From assembly GCA_028286545.1 (NCBI GenBank), contig JAQBRJ010000022.1, positions 1-53,783 on the forward strand: a DNA stretch of 53,783 nt. The letters run 5' to 3'. This stretch comes from Parcubacteria group bacterium (lineage in GTDB: Bacteria > Patescibacteriota > Minisyncoccia > Phycocordibacterales > Phycocordibacteraceae). Positions 7,857 to 16,958 of this stretch are shown piece by piece (position 1 is the stretch's first letter; every line of letters starts with the position of its first letter). Under the pieces are notes generated by a model. The model had not been told where the DNA came from. It made no database searches and saw only the letters and a list, made by a program, of their open reading frames with translations. The translations under genes were made by a program, and so were the position numbers.

Positions 7857-9033
7857 AACCTCCTGCGACGAGACAGCTGTGGCTGTGCTTGAGTGCGTTG
7901 GTGGCGTAGGAAATGCGGCGCGTTTTACCGTACTCGGCAATGCGCTGCTTTCGCAAATAGAACTCCATCGTGAATATGGGGGTGTATACCCTGCTCTTGC
8001 TAAACGCGAGCATGCGAAGAATTTGGTTCCGCTTCTCGAGAGTGCGCTGTCCGAAGCAGAGATGCTACGCGAAGATACGCAGTCGATGGACTCGAGTGTG
8101 CACGATGCTATTACTCTGGCACTCGAACGCGAACCTGGACTTACCGAAATCTTTCTGGCATCAGTGAGCGAAATGGAGATTCCTGATATTGACGCCATAG
8201 CCGTAACTGCCGGCCCCGGACTCGAGCCAGCGCTATGGGTCGGTGTTAATTTCGCGAGAGCATTGGCCATTGCCTGGAACAAGCCTTTGGTTGCCGTGAA
8301 CCACCTTGAAGGTCATATCATTTCCGCAATTGCAAAAGAAGAAGATGGTAACCTGCTTGTTGAGCACCCAAAACTTCCTTTGTTGGCTCTCGGTATTGCT
8401 GGTGGGCACACTGATTTAGTAGTTATGGACGATTGGCTCTCCTATACAACTATTGGTGGGACACTTGATGATTCGGTGGGAGAAGCATTTGATAAAGTCG
8501 CAAGAATGCTTGGACTTCCCTATCCTGGAGGTCCGCAAATATCACGCTTGGCAGAGATTGCCCGAAAGACCGGTGGTGAGAACCCCTTTACCCTTCCACG
8601 CCCCATGATTAGATCGGGAACAAATGACTTTTCATTCTCAGGTCTTAAGACAGCAGTGCTCTATCTTTTAAAAAAGAATCCTGAGATAAGTGATATTGAT
8701 AAGCAGTACGTCGCGTTGGAATTTGAAGATTCAGCAACTGAGGTACTTTGGTCGAAGACAGATTCGGCATTAAAGGATACGGGTGCGAAAACTCTTGTAG
8801 TGAGTGGTGGTGTTTCTGCAAATATTCATATACGTCGGGTATTTGAAGAGAAAATCAAAGCAGAGCATCCTGATGTTACGCTTCTCATTCCTCCAAACAA
8901 TCTTGCAACCGACAACGCCGTCATGATCGGCCTTGCTGGTTATTATCATTTCCTTAAAGGAGAATTTGCTGATATTGATACGCTTCGAGCTAATGGGAAT
9001 CTCAAACTCCCGAATCTGGCTACTACAGAATAA
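7837..9033 (+). CDS. tsaD: tRNA N6-adenosine threonylcarbamoyltransferase
   Basis: Start at MKILAIETSCDETAVAV, plus the GGVSAN motif (VVSGGVSANIHIRRVF). It overlaps the DHH gene by 20 nt. Confidence 0.9.
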   Translation: MKILAIETSCDETAVAVLECVGGVGNAARFTVLGNALLSQIELHREYGGVYPALAKREHAKNLVPLLESALSEAEMLREDTQSMDSSVHDAITLALEREPGLTEIFLASVSEMEIPDIDAIAVTAGPGLEPALWVGVNFARALAIAWNKPLVAVNHLEGHIISAIAKEEDGNLLVEHPKLPLLALGIAGGHTDLVVMDDWLSYTTIGGTLDDSVGEAFDKVARMLGLPYPGGPQISRLAEIARKTGGENPFTLPRPMIRSGTNDFSFSGLKTAVLYLLKKNPEISDIDKQYVALEFEDSATEVLWSKTDSALKDTGAKTLVVSGGVSANIHIRRVFEEKIKAEHPDVTLLIPPNNLATDNAVMIGLAGYYHFLKGEFADIDTLRANGNLKLPNLATTE

Positions 9034-9073
9034 CTAAGGTAAATCCGGCCTGTATTTGCTATAGTGGTAGCAA

Positions 9074-11248
9074 ATGCTTAGCCAAGATGACAAATTCCTA
9101 AAACCATACGACCCTGCTGCGACCGAAGGTCGCATATATAAGGCGTGGGAGGACAGTGGCTATTTCAACCCGGATAATCTTCCGAACGCCGATTCACGGG
9201 AACCCTACACGATCACGCTTCCGCCGCCGAACGTTACGGGAGTTCTTCACCTTGGCCACGCCTACGAAGACTCCTTGCAGGACACGGTCATTCGCTATCA
9301 ACGCATGCGCGGGAAGCGGGCTCTTTGGGTACCAGGAACCGACTCAGCAGCAATCGCAACTCAAGCACGCGTCGAGAAGAACATTCAGAAAGAAGAGGGT
9401 AAGAGCCGTCACGACATTGGCCGTGAAGAACTTGTTAAACGAGTAACGCAGTTTGCGCGAGAAAGCGAAACGACCATCCTCAACCAAGTGCGCCGCATGG
9501 GGGCATCGCTCGATTGGTCGCGGTACGCCTTTACCCTTGATGACGCCCGCAATAAAGCAGTGTTCACTGCTTTTAAGCGCATGTATGATGCAGGGCTTAT
9601 ATATCGCGGCAATCGCATCGTAAACTGGGATCCGAAAGGACAGACTACTATTTCTGACGATGAAATCGTTCACGAGGAACGCACAGCGAAGCTCTACACA
9701 TTCAAATATTCAAAGGACTTCCCTATTGCTATTGCAACAACACGCCTTGAAACAAAGGTCGGTGACGTAGCCGTCGCGGTTCATCCGGACGACGCTCGCT
9801 ATACAAAATTCGTTGGCAAAACCTACGAAGCAGTCTTCTGCGATGTACCAATTTCAATACGTATAGTCGCAGACAAAGAAGTTGATCCTGAATTCGGTAC
9901 CGGCGCGCTTGGTGTTACCCCTGCGCACAGCATGGTTGATTGGGATATGGCCGAGCGCCACAGCCTCCCAAAGGACAAGGCTGTTATTAACGAATACGCA
10001 AAGATGACCGTCGAAGGCAGGCTTTCGGGCCTCAAGGTTCTTGAAGCGCGAGAAGCAGTTGCCGAATGGCTACGCTCAGAAGGCCTTATGGAAAAGGAGG
10101 AAGATATTTCTCAAAACGTATCGACCGCTGAACGCACGGGCGGAATTGTTGAGCCGCTTCCGAAGCTTCAGTGGTTCGTTGCCGTAAATAAGCCATTCGT
10201 TATTCCTCATTCAGAAATTACCGGTATTGAGACTGGTTCAGAAATCACTCTGAAGCAGCTCATGCGCGCATCTGTTGAGAACGGCGACATTGTGATGCCT
10301 CAGGATAATTTCAAAAAGATTTACATGCACTGGATTGATAACCTCCATGACTGGTGCATCAGTCGCCAGATATGGTTTGGACATCGCATTCCTATTTGGT
10401 ATCGAGAAAGCGACATTCGCTGCCAGGAAACCGCGCCCGAAGGCGATGGATGGTCACAAGACCCAGACGTACTCGACACATGGTTCTCGTCTGCTCTTTG
10501 GACATTCTCCACACTGGGATGGCCTGATGAGTCAAAAGATCTTGAGCGTTTCCATCCAACCTCATTTATGTCTCCTGCGTATGAAATTCTTCCGTTGTGG
10601 GTTTCGCGCATGATTCTTATGAGTGGCTTCCACCTTGGCCAAGTACCATTCAAAACCGTTATGATCCACGGCCTCGTACGCGATAGCAAAGGGCGTAAGT
10701 TCAGTAAATCCATCGGAAACGGCATTGATCCTATCGAAATGATCGACAAATTTGGTGCTGACGCGCTTCGCATGGGGCTACTCGTTGGAACGGCAATCGG
10801 TAACGATGTAAAGTTCGATGAAAGCAAAATAAAGGGTTACAAGAACTTCGCCAACAAGCTGTGGAATATTACGCGGTTTATCCTTGAAAATACCGAAGAC
10901 GCAGACCTTACCGCGGAACTTATATCGAACGACACTACGATTCGCGAAGAGCTTGATGCGATCATTGCCGACGTTACAAAAGATATGGACGAGTATCGTA
11001 TCTACCTCGCCGCTGAAAAGATATATCACTACATTTGGGATCGTCTCGCGAGTGAATTGCTTGAAGAATCGAAACAGATTTTTGCCAGTGAAGACTCAAC
11101 CGCAATTGCATCACGCAAAACTCTTCTCCGTTCACTTTTGAAAGATTCTCTCAAAATCCTTCATCCGATAATGCCATTCGTCACCGAAGAAATCTGGCAA
11201 AGCCTCTCGGAAACCGAGGGATTACTGATGATTACAGAGTGGCCGTAG
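9074..11248 (+). CDS. valS: valine--tRNA ligase (short form, 724 aa)
   Basis: PPPNVTGVLHLGHA (HIGH region) and KFSKSIGN (KMSKS region), with an editing-domain-length insert. The long C-terminal coiled coil appears absent. Confidence 0.9.
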   Translation: MLSQDDKFLKPYDPAATEGRIYKAWEDSGYFNPDNLPNADSREPYTITLPPPNVTGVLHLGHAYEDSLQDTVIRYQRMRGKRALWVPGTDSAAIATQARVEKNIQKEEGKSRHDIGREELVKRVTQFARESETTILNQVRRMGASLDWSRYAFTLDDARNKAVFTAFKRMYDAGLIYRGNRIVNWDPKGQTTISDDEIVHEERTAKLYTFKYSKDFPIAIATTRLETKVGDVAVAVHPDDARYTKFVGKTYEAVFCDVPISIRIVADKEVDPEFGTGALGVTPAHSMVDWDMAERHSLPKDKAVINEYAKMTVEGRLSGLKVLEAREAVAEWLRSEGLMEKEEDISQNVSTAERTGGIVEPLPKLQWFVAVNKPFVIPHSEITGIETGSEITLKQLMRASVENGDIVMPQDNFKKIYMHWIDNLHDWCISRQIWFGHRIPIWYRESDIRCQETAPEGDGWSQDPDVLDTWFSSALWTFSTLGWPDESKDLERFHPTSFMSPAYEILPLWVSRMILMSGFHLGQVPFKTVMIHGLVRDSKGRKFSKSIGNGIDPIEMIDKFGADALRMGLLVGTAIGNDVKFDESKIKGYKNFANKLWNITRFILENTEDADLTAELISNDTTIREELDAIIADVTKDMDEYRIYLAAEKIYHYIWDRLASELLEESKQIFASEDSTAIASRKTLLRSLLKDSLKILHPIMPFVTEEIWQSLSETEGLLMITEWP

Positions 11249-11294
11249 GTTACAATTAACAATAACGCGCAGTTATAGTAGATGCGCACTATCA

Positions 11295-12053
11295 ATGGAG
11301 CTCCTTACTTCGGTATCATTTCAAACGTTAGTCTTTGCCTTCGTAGGTGGATTACTCCCTGCGTTGCTTTGGCTGTATTTCCTCCTTAAGGAAGATTATC
11401 GCCATCCAGAACCACGCACAGTTCTCCTCATGGCATTCATGGCTGGTATGGCTGCCGTGCCGCTTGCGGTGCCCTTTGAAGCCTACTTTAGGGACTATGC
11501 GTATAGCATAGTCCCAGGCTGCTCTCCGTATGCCAATCTCTGTTTCCCTATTATTACGGGTTGGGCAATTATCGAAGAGACTCTTAAATACTTGCTTGCA
11601 GCGGTAGTGGTGCTGTGGCGCCGCGACGTGGACGAATCAATTGACTTGGTTATTTATATGATCACGGTGGCGCTCGGCTTCGCGGCGCTTGAGAATATGC
11701 TGTTCCTCATTGAACCATTCTCTTCAGGTGATTACCTTGCAGCGCTCGCTACTGACAACCTTCGCTTCGTAGGCTCAACACTTCTTCACGTCATTGCCTC
11801 AAGCGCTATCGGATTTTCTCTTGCCTTTGCCCACAGACTTCCCTGTTGGTATCGTGGCTTTGCAGCATCTGGTGGACTTATCCTCGCCATTGCATTGCAC
11901 ACGACGTTTAATTTCCTTATAATTCCTCGAGACGACTCACACAGCATCCTTGGTGCATTCTTGTTCGTATGGACGGGTGCTGTCGCGTTGTTCGCACTCT
12001 TCGAACTATTAAAGTATTTCCAGTATCGCAACGAGCCTGGAACTATTGCCTAG
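11295..12053 (+). CDS. PrsW-like intramembrane metalloprotease family protein
   Basis: Polytopic. EETLKYL, ALENMLF and HVIASSAIG resemble the PrsW E-E-x-x-K and His motifs. Confidence 0.6.
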   Translation: MELLTSVSFQTLVFAFVGGLLPALLWLYFLLKEDYRHPEPRTVLLMAFMAGMAAVPLAVPFEAYFRDYAYSIVPGCSPYANLCFPIITGWAIIEETLKYLLAAVVVLWRRDVDESIDLVIYMITVALGFAALENMLFLIEPFSSGDYLAALATDNLRFVGSTLLHVIASSAIGFSLAFAHRLPCWYRGFAASGGLILAIALHTTFNFLIIPRDDSHSILGAFLFVWTGAVALFALFELLKYFQYRNEPGTIA

Positions 12054-12072
12054 CTTACCTACTTATTTACGT

Positions 12073-12582
12073 ATGAAAAAACGATCTTTCTTCGAACGAC
12101 TTTCCGGTTCGGTGCCGGTTACGGACGACTATGACGCCTTCGAAGACGATGTCGTGCCTGCACGCCGCCTTGCACCCTCGCCTTCGTCTCAAACAGGAAG
12201 CGGGACACCTCAGATACACTCCACGTATGAAGATCATGAGGACGTAGAGAGCGAAGGACAGCTCCCGGTAGACGTATACCAAACAGCAAGCGAGATTGTT
12301 ATTCGCACCTTTATCGCAGGCGTACGTGCTGACGAGATAAACCTTTCCATAAGCCGCGATATGGTTGTTATTGAAGGAGCTCGTGCCGAGCGCGAGACTA
12401 TTGCAGAATCAGACTATTTCATTCGCGAGCTCTTTTGGGGCACATTCTCTCGCACTATTCTCCTTCCCCAAGAAGTAGATGTCGATAATTCTTCAGCAAA
12501 TGCAAAGGATGGTCTTCTTACTCTTATTTTGCCTAAACTCGATAAGGCAAAGCAGACAAAGCTTCGCGTGAAAGCTGGTTAA
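12073..12582 (+). CDS. Hsp20/alpha-crystallin small heat-shock protein
   Basis: Alpha-crystallin core PVDVYQT...VIRTFIAGV...FSRTILLPQEVD...AKDGLLTLILPK. Start taken at ATG 12073. Confidence 0.85.
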   Translation: MKKRSFFERLSGSVPVTDDYDAFEDDVVPARRLAPSPSSQTGSGTPQIHSTYEDHEDVESEGQLPVDVYQTASEIVIRTFIAGVRADEINLSISRDMVVIEGARAERETIAESDYFIRELFWGTFSRTILLPQEVDVDNSSANAKDGLLTLILPKLDKAKQTKLRVKAG

Positions 12583-12599
12583 ATACCACTTCAATAGGT

Positions 12600-12635
12600 A
12601 AAGCAAAAAGCCGGCTTGCGCCGGCTTTTTGCTTT
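12600..12635. terminator. bidirectional rho-independent terminator
   Basis: 16-bp stem aaagcaaaaagccggc / gccggctttttgcttt with loop ttgc. Confidence 0.7.
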
Positions 12636-12645
12636 TACATCTCGC

Positions 12646-12774
12646 TTATAGACTCTCAATATCTTTATTCAGATCTTCTACAATCGAATTGAGCTGTTTG
12701 AGCAATTCTAAATACTTTTCTGGGTCATTCTCCTTAAGAGTTTCGAGATCTGCAATAAGTTGTTCAATTTCCAT
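12646..12774 (-). CDS. 42-codon ORF below the ORF-track cutoff (MEIEQLIADLETLKENDPEKYLELLKQLNSIVEDLNKDIESL)
   Basis: ATG..TAA, read by hand. It starts 10 nt after the stop of 12784..13446 on the same strand and ends just before the terminator. The sequence is amphipathic and helical-looking. Confidence 0.35.
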   Translation of the reverse strand: MEIEQLIADLETLKENDPEKYLELLKQLNSIVEDLNKDIESL

Positions 12775-12783
12775 AGTCTAGAA

Positions 12784-13446
12784 TTATGCTGCTGCGTAAC
12801 GAGCCTTTTCCTGCGAACGTCGTCGAAGCCAGTTCATGCTTTGAGCAATAGCAACTATGGCGATAACGCCTATGCCAGCGGCGAGTCCATTCTCTGCGAT
12901 ATGCTGGCCCTTCTCGACAAAATGCTGCGCTTTTTCTAAAGCATCTGTGTCCATGCCAACCATCGGACCACCTCCTGCAGTGATTTGTCCTGTTAGGAAT
13001 GAAGCTCCTGTTCCAATTAAACCAAGCAGAGCTACTAGCTCTAATTTCTGAGCAGTCTTTTTATATAGCTCACCGATCTGGGCCCTAGAAAGGAGAGGCT
13101 TTAGACGATTTTCTTCACTAGCAGGAGCATCAAGCCGTGTCTCCGCTGCCGAAATTACTTCGCGATTGGTGGCAAGGTTTTCTTCTAGTCGGGTCTCTTC
13201 TTCGCCGATAGCTTCTAGTATCTCTGCATGTCGTTCAGGAGTAAGTGGAGCAATTGGTGCGCTTTCTGCATCAAGATCAGCGGACTGCGTATCAACAGCT
13301 GGTTCTGCAACTTCTGGAGCGGCAATAGAAGACTGCTCTGCTGATGGTTCAGCACCTTCATAAAGTCCGCTTATCATCTCATCAGTGGCGAATCCTGCGT
13401 CGCCCTGTTGTGGTAATGATTTTTTATCAAAATCTTCGAGTCCCAT
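12784..13446 (-). CDS. hypothetical protein with an acidic N-terminal half and C-terminal TM segments
   Basis: 220-aa ORF with a Gly/Ala-rich hydrophobic C-terminal region. No family recognised. Confidence 0.55.
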   Translation of the reverse strand: MGLEDFDKKSLPQQGDAGFATDEMISGLYEGAEPSAEQSSIAAPEVAEPAVDTQSADLDAESAPIAPLTPERHAEILEAIGEEETRLEENLATNREVISAAETRLDAPASEENRLKPLLSRAQIGELYKKTAQKLELVALLGLIGTGASFLTGQITAGGGPMVGMDTDALEKAQHFVEKGQHIAENGLAAGIGVIAIVAIAQSMNWLRRRSQEKARYAAA

Positions 13447-13527
13447 AGTGTATATAGCGGTAAGTGATAGTACTCAGGAATAATAGCCTTAATTCCTTCA
13501 TAATCATATAAAGGTGGGGATAATGAA

Positions 13528-13557
13528 AACCCCCCGGAAATTGCTTTCCGAGGGGTT
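13528..13557 (-). terminator. rho-independent terminator of GC-rich cassette 2
   Basis: Stem ccccc-cggaaa / tttccg-a-gggg with loop ttgc, followed on the minus strand by a T-run. Confidence 0.55.
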
Positions 13558-13581
13558 AATAGATGCCGTCGCCCGAGTGAA

Positions 13582-13887
13582 TCAGGCGATGACCGGCACA
13601 TGCCTGCGCGCGTAGCGCATCGCGTGCACAGCGGTCGAGGCCGATATGGCGATGAACACGACCGCGAGCATGCGGCCGAAGCCTGGCAGCACTCCCGGCA
13701 GGTTCGAGCCGATGAAGTAGAGCGCGATCATCAGCACGACGACGGCCCCGTAGATGATCGTGTCCTTGCGGACGAGGCTGGCGGCGACCGGGAACTTGGC
13801 CGACGTCAACTGCTTGATCGCGCGCCAGGAGGCCACGAACGCGGCCAGAGCGGCGGCGATGCACAGGATGGAAAGGACGATACCCAC
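13582..13887 (-). CDS. small 3-TM membrane protein (GC-rich cassette 2)
   Basis: GTG 13887 lies 7 nt after an AAGGAGA SD. The -10 box falls inside the longer track ORF, so the shorter start is preferred. Lines counted at 40/60 and 38/60 G+C, against 22/60 in the flank. Confidence 0.6.
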   Translation of the reverse strand: MGIVLSILCIAAALAAFVASWRAIKQLTSAKFPVAASLVRKDTIIYGAVVVLMIALYFIGSNLPGVLPGFGRMLAVVFIAISASTAVHAMRYARRHVPVIA

Positions 13888-13923
13888 GAGATGCTCTCCT
13901 TGAGCTGGTTGAAGGGTGTGATT

Positions 13924-13951
13924 AGTATACGGTACCACACCATTTTGTCAA
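13924..13951 (-). promoter_or_regulatory. near-consensus sigma70-type promoter for cassette 2
   Basis: On the minus strand: TTGACA, 16 nt, TATACT. Confidence 0.45.
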
Positions 13952-13970
13952 GATAGCACCCTGAGACTCT

Positions 13971-15056
13971 CTATCGCACTTCTGCTATAAGTGGTGGCTC
14001 GGAACTTTCATTCACTACCGTGAACGAGAGTTTTCCTAATATCTGGCCATCGAGTGTTTCCACGAGCACACGCCACTTCCCTGGTTGCGGTGCATACTTC
14101 TCTGAATAGCCTCTGTAGCCCTGCTCACGACCTCCTGAGAGTGCAAAAGCGATGGTGGCCTCATCGGTCCATTTCTTATTCGTAGCGTCATACCACTGCC
14201 ATTTATGAACAATGGTCGTCGTAAAGTCCCCCGGTGCAAAGATTGAGCTGTAAGCATACAAAGGCGTGTCGGACACGTGATGCACAAGCTGTGTGCGAGG
14301 ATCGAACCATGCGCGATGAGCTTCGCCACTAAGCTGGTAGCCCGTGTCTACGTGAGTAATACTGTGATAAATACCTCCTGACTTAAGGGTGAGCGGAATA
14401 GGTGGCAACAAGTTACTCAGGTACGCGGTAACGATCAAAGCCAGTGCGACACCGGCCGTTATGACTATTAGCAAAAACGCACTACGCAAACGCTGCCAAC
14501 CAAGAAGCGCGAGAATACCGAGATAGAGCACAAACGCTGCAATAGCCAATCCTGTGCTCTCAAGAAAGACTATTTTCCCCAGCCGACCTAGATACAGTGG
14601 AAGGGCGAATATTGCAAAGGCATATAAAGAGAAAAAGAGGAGGAGGGTTTGGAATACCAAATGATCACGATAGTTACGAAATACTTCGTTACCAAAGAAT
14701 ATAAGCACAAGCAATATAAGGAACGGCCATGAGACCGAGAGCACTGCGCTCTTGGTATAGAAGATGAGGAAACCTGAGAGCAAGCTACCGAATACAAATT
14801 GCACGAGAAGAGGGCCGAGCACTGAAAGTGCTCGGCCGAATGCATTCTCCTGCTTCCCCGCTGCCACGTGAGAAATAATCGTTGCCACAACAACAAATAT
14901 CAAATATCCAACAAAAATCTTGATTACGACCGGCAGATTTAAGAATCCAAACGTAAGCAGGTCGCTTACGAAACCCCCAACAAACAGCACTGTAGCTAGC
15001 AGACGCTCGTAGCGCTTTGCGAAAGCCAAGACGGTTTCGAAGCGGGTGTGCGTCAT
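13971..15056 (-). CDS. polytopic membrane protein with a DUF2914-like C-terminal domain
   Basis: About 7 TM segments, then a soluble C-terminus (HKWQWYD...GYRGYSEKY...PGKWRVLVETLDGQILGKLSFTV) resembling DUF2914. Confidence 0.6.
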   Translation of the reverse strand: MTHTRFETVLAFAKRYERLLATVLFVGGFVSDLLTFGFLNLPVVIKIFVGYLIFVVVATIISHVAAGKQENAFGRALSVLGPLLVQFVFGSLLSGFLIFYTKSAVLSVSWPFLILLVLIFFGNEVFRNYRDHLVFQTLLLFFSLYAFAIFALPLYLGRLGKIVFLESTGLAIAAFVLYLGILALLGWQRLRSAFLLIVITAGVALALIVTAYLSNLLPPIPLTLKSGGIYHSITHVDTGYQLSGEAHRAWFDPRTQLVHHVSDTPLYAYSSIFAPGDFTTTIVHKWQWYDATNKKWTDEATIAFALSGGREQGYRGYSEKYAPQPGKWRVLVETLDGQILGKLSFTVVNESSEPPLIAEVR

Positions 15057-15060
15057 TTTG

Positions 15061-15133
15061 TGCTTGGAGCCGGATTCGAACCGGCGACCCCTTCCTCTTC
15101 AGGGAAATGCTCTACCAACTGAGCTATCCAAGC
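15061..15133 (-). tRNA. tRNA-Phe (anticodon GAA), no encoded CCA
   Basis: Acceptor GCTTGGA/TCCAAGC, D-arm GCTC AGTTGGTA GAGC, anticodon loop CTGAAGA, T-loop TTCGAAT. Confidence 0.9.
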
Positions 15134-15215
15134 GTTGTGCCCTACATCAGTCGTAAAACTGAGCGGTATGGCTATCCTACCATGGCTTTTCGATTCTTTC
15201 AGCCCCCTCGATGCC

Positions 15216-15524
15216 CTACTTATTCGTGGTCGAAGCCCGATACGAGTTCACAATATTCTGAATTTCTGTTGGTGATGGAAAGCCGAAAACACTCCCTGCC
15301 TTGCTCGTATCAGCAGCGGGCACGAGCGTTCGTACCAAGGGACCGAGGAGTATAAACGGTAGGATGAGGATTATGATCCACATAAGTGCCTTTGCCCAGA
15401 ATGCAATGCGATTGCTACGAAGAAGACTTCTCAAAAGCTTATTATTCTCTTCAGCGAGTTCGATTGAGTCTTCGAGGAGCTGCTCGAGGCGTGAGATAGT
15501 TGCTTCGTCGTTCATAGGTTCCAT
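15216..15524 (-). CDS. small single-pass membrane protein
   Basis: 102 aa with a coiled N-terminus and one TM segment (IAFWAKALMWIIILILPFILLGPL). Confidence 0.5.
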   Translation of the reverse strand: MEPMNDEATISRLEQLLEDSIELAEENNKLLRSLLRSNRIAFWAKALMWIIILILPFILLGPLVRTLVPAADTSKAGSVFGFPSPTEIQNIVNSYRASTTNK

Positions 15525-15542
15525 GGATGCAAAGTACTAGTG

Positions 15543-16271
15543 TTAGGTCGTTGAAGGAGTCTGGAGGCACGTGAGCAATTCTTTGCTCTGGGTCCAACCA
15601 CACTTGCCTGTTGTCTGTCGCTCACACGTTGCGGTCTTATAGCAAGAATATTCAGAACGATAGACACACGATGACACTGCGCCAGGAGCCTCTGAACAAA
15701 GTTCTGAAGAACATCCACCGATGTAACAAGGCTTGGTACTAATCGGTCCTGGGCTCGCCGGCGTATGCGGTTCAACACGAAGGGTAAAGCGATACGCGCT
15801 TGCCACAGGAGCTCCGTCCTTGGTGTGAGGAGGGGTAACACTTAAAAAGGTAATGTCATCTGAGCCAACGGTTATGAGCTTGCCAAGTGCAACGTCATGA
15901 CTTTCGGAACCTGTTACGCTCGTAGTCTTAAGCGTAATACGTACGGTACCTGCCTGAATGCACTGTACTCCTACTGGACAACGACTGTCTTCCAGAACTG
16001 CAGTTGGACGAACAGAGAGTCCGTCTTTAAATCCTGCCACCTGATTGAGTGCCAAGACAACTGATCCGTACGGATAATACCCTCCTACTGGTTTAGAAAG
16101 GATAGTGGGGTGAGTGGAAGTTGAGACCTGCTCTACAGGAGTAGTCGTGGAAGTAGTGGCAGGGGGAAGTATCGCTGCGATAGGGCGAATACTGTGCACC
16201 ACGAGCCAAATACCTATGGCTAGAGCCAGTACAATAACTACGCCCGGAATGATGAAGTCTTTCTTTTGCAT
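15543..16271 (-). CDS. membrane-anchored or secreted protein with an eight-cysteine C-terminal module
   Basis: N-terminal TM/signal segment and exactly eight Cys in the last ~60 aa (PCYIGGCSSELC...SSCVYRSEYSCYKTATC...GKCGW...LTC). Confidence 0.6.
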   Translation of the reverse strand: MQKKDFIIPGVVIVLALAIGIWLVVHSIRPIAAILPPATTSTTTPVEQVSTSTHPTILSKPVGGYYPYGSVVLALNQVAGFKDGLSVRPTAVLEDSRCPVGVQCIQAGTVRITLKTTSVTGSESHDVALGKLITVGSDDITFLSVTPPHTKDGAPVASAYRFTLRVEPHTPASPGPISTKPCYIGGCSSELCSEAPGAVSSCVYRSEYSCYKTATCERQTTGKCGWTQSKELLTCLQTPSTT

Positions 16272-16329
16272 AAAACTAGTATACCGCCTATTTCCTGCAT
16301 ATGCAGGCCTTGGTGGGATATCCAGATCA

Positions 16330-16401
16330 TGCCCTTGCCAGGAATCGGACCTGGATCAGAAATTTAGGAAACTTCCGTTCTATCCATTGAACTACAAGGG
16401 C
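16330..16401 (-). tRNA. tRNA-Arg (anticodon CCT) with a non-canonical T-loop, no encoded CCA
   Basis: Acceptor GCCCTTG/CAAGGGC, anticodon loop TTCCTAA, T-arm CCAGG-TCCGATT-CCTGG. Position 55 reads C instead of the near-universal U. Confidence 0.8.
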
Positions 16402-16857
16402 TTAGCCAGATAGTAGCTTGTTATATGAATCTTTTCCAACAAGAGATATTAGACTTTGGACAAGAAGACGCTCTTTTCCAATACCAAAATGACTAAGGCA
16501 AACAATAAATGTCTGAATAAGACAGGGATCCGAATTAATTATTCCAAAATCACGCTTTGTCCCTTCTCCCCAATAAATTCCAACAAGAAGCATTAAATAA
16601 TCTCGGGCTGAGAGGTTATCAAGTAATAGGGTAGCGCTAGTGAGCGTATTAAACCGTAAAGCTTCTGCTCTTTGCTTAGCTCCACCTTGTTTTTCTCTTA
16701 AGAGATCAACGTATTGATTGGGGATCTCTATATTTAGCACATATCTTTGAACAGTTGTTCTCCCAACACGCGTTAATTGAGATATTTCAGGAATACTTTT
16801 GCCAGTCTTCCTTAATTCTATTATCTGTTTTTCTATAGCTTCAGATATTCTTTGCAT
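16402..16857 (-). CDS. HTH plus LAGLIDADG-like protein, C-terminally truncated paralog of 5658..6341
   Basis: 151 aa. HTH GKSIPEISQLTRVGRTTVQRYV and box LLVGIYWGEGTK. By eye it aligns to residues ~10-170 of the 227-aa paralog and then stops exactly at the tRNA-Arg 5' end. Possibly a pseudogene. Confidence 0.55.
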   Translation of the reverse strand: MQRISEAIEKQIIELRKTGKSIPEISQLTRVGRTTVQRYVLNIEIPNQYVDLLREKQGGAKQRAEALRFNTLTSATLLLDNLSARDYLMLLVGIYWGEGTKRDFGIINSDPCLIQTFIVCLSHFGIGKERLLVQSLISLVGKDSYNKLLSG

Positions 16858-16910
16858 TCAATAACTATAAACAGTTACTGATGATATTTCGCTAAAATAT
16901 TTATGAAATA

Positions 16911-16947
16911 AAAATGAACTCGGCCCATAGTGGGCCGAGTTCATTTT
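16911..16947 (-). terminator. rho-independent terminator after the glutaredoxin gene
   Basis: 17-bp stem aaaatgaactcggccca / tgggccgagttcatttt. Confidence 0.7.
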
Positions 16948-16958
16948 TAGTAAACTAA

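Noticed and set aside
13556-13956. Track ORFs 13556..13864 (-) and 13600..13956 (+) overlapping the small membrane-protein ORF
   Set aside because: These are Arg/Gly/Asp/His-rich translations typical of wrong frames in high-GC DNA. Only the 13582..13887 frame has an SD, a promoter, TM helices and a terminator.
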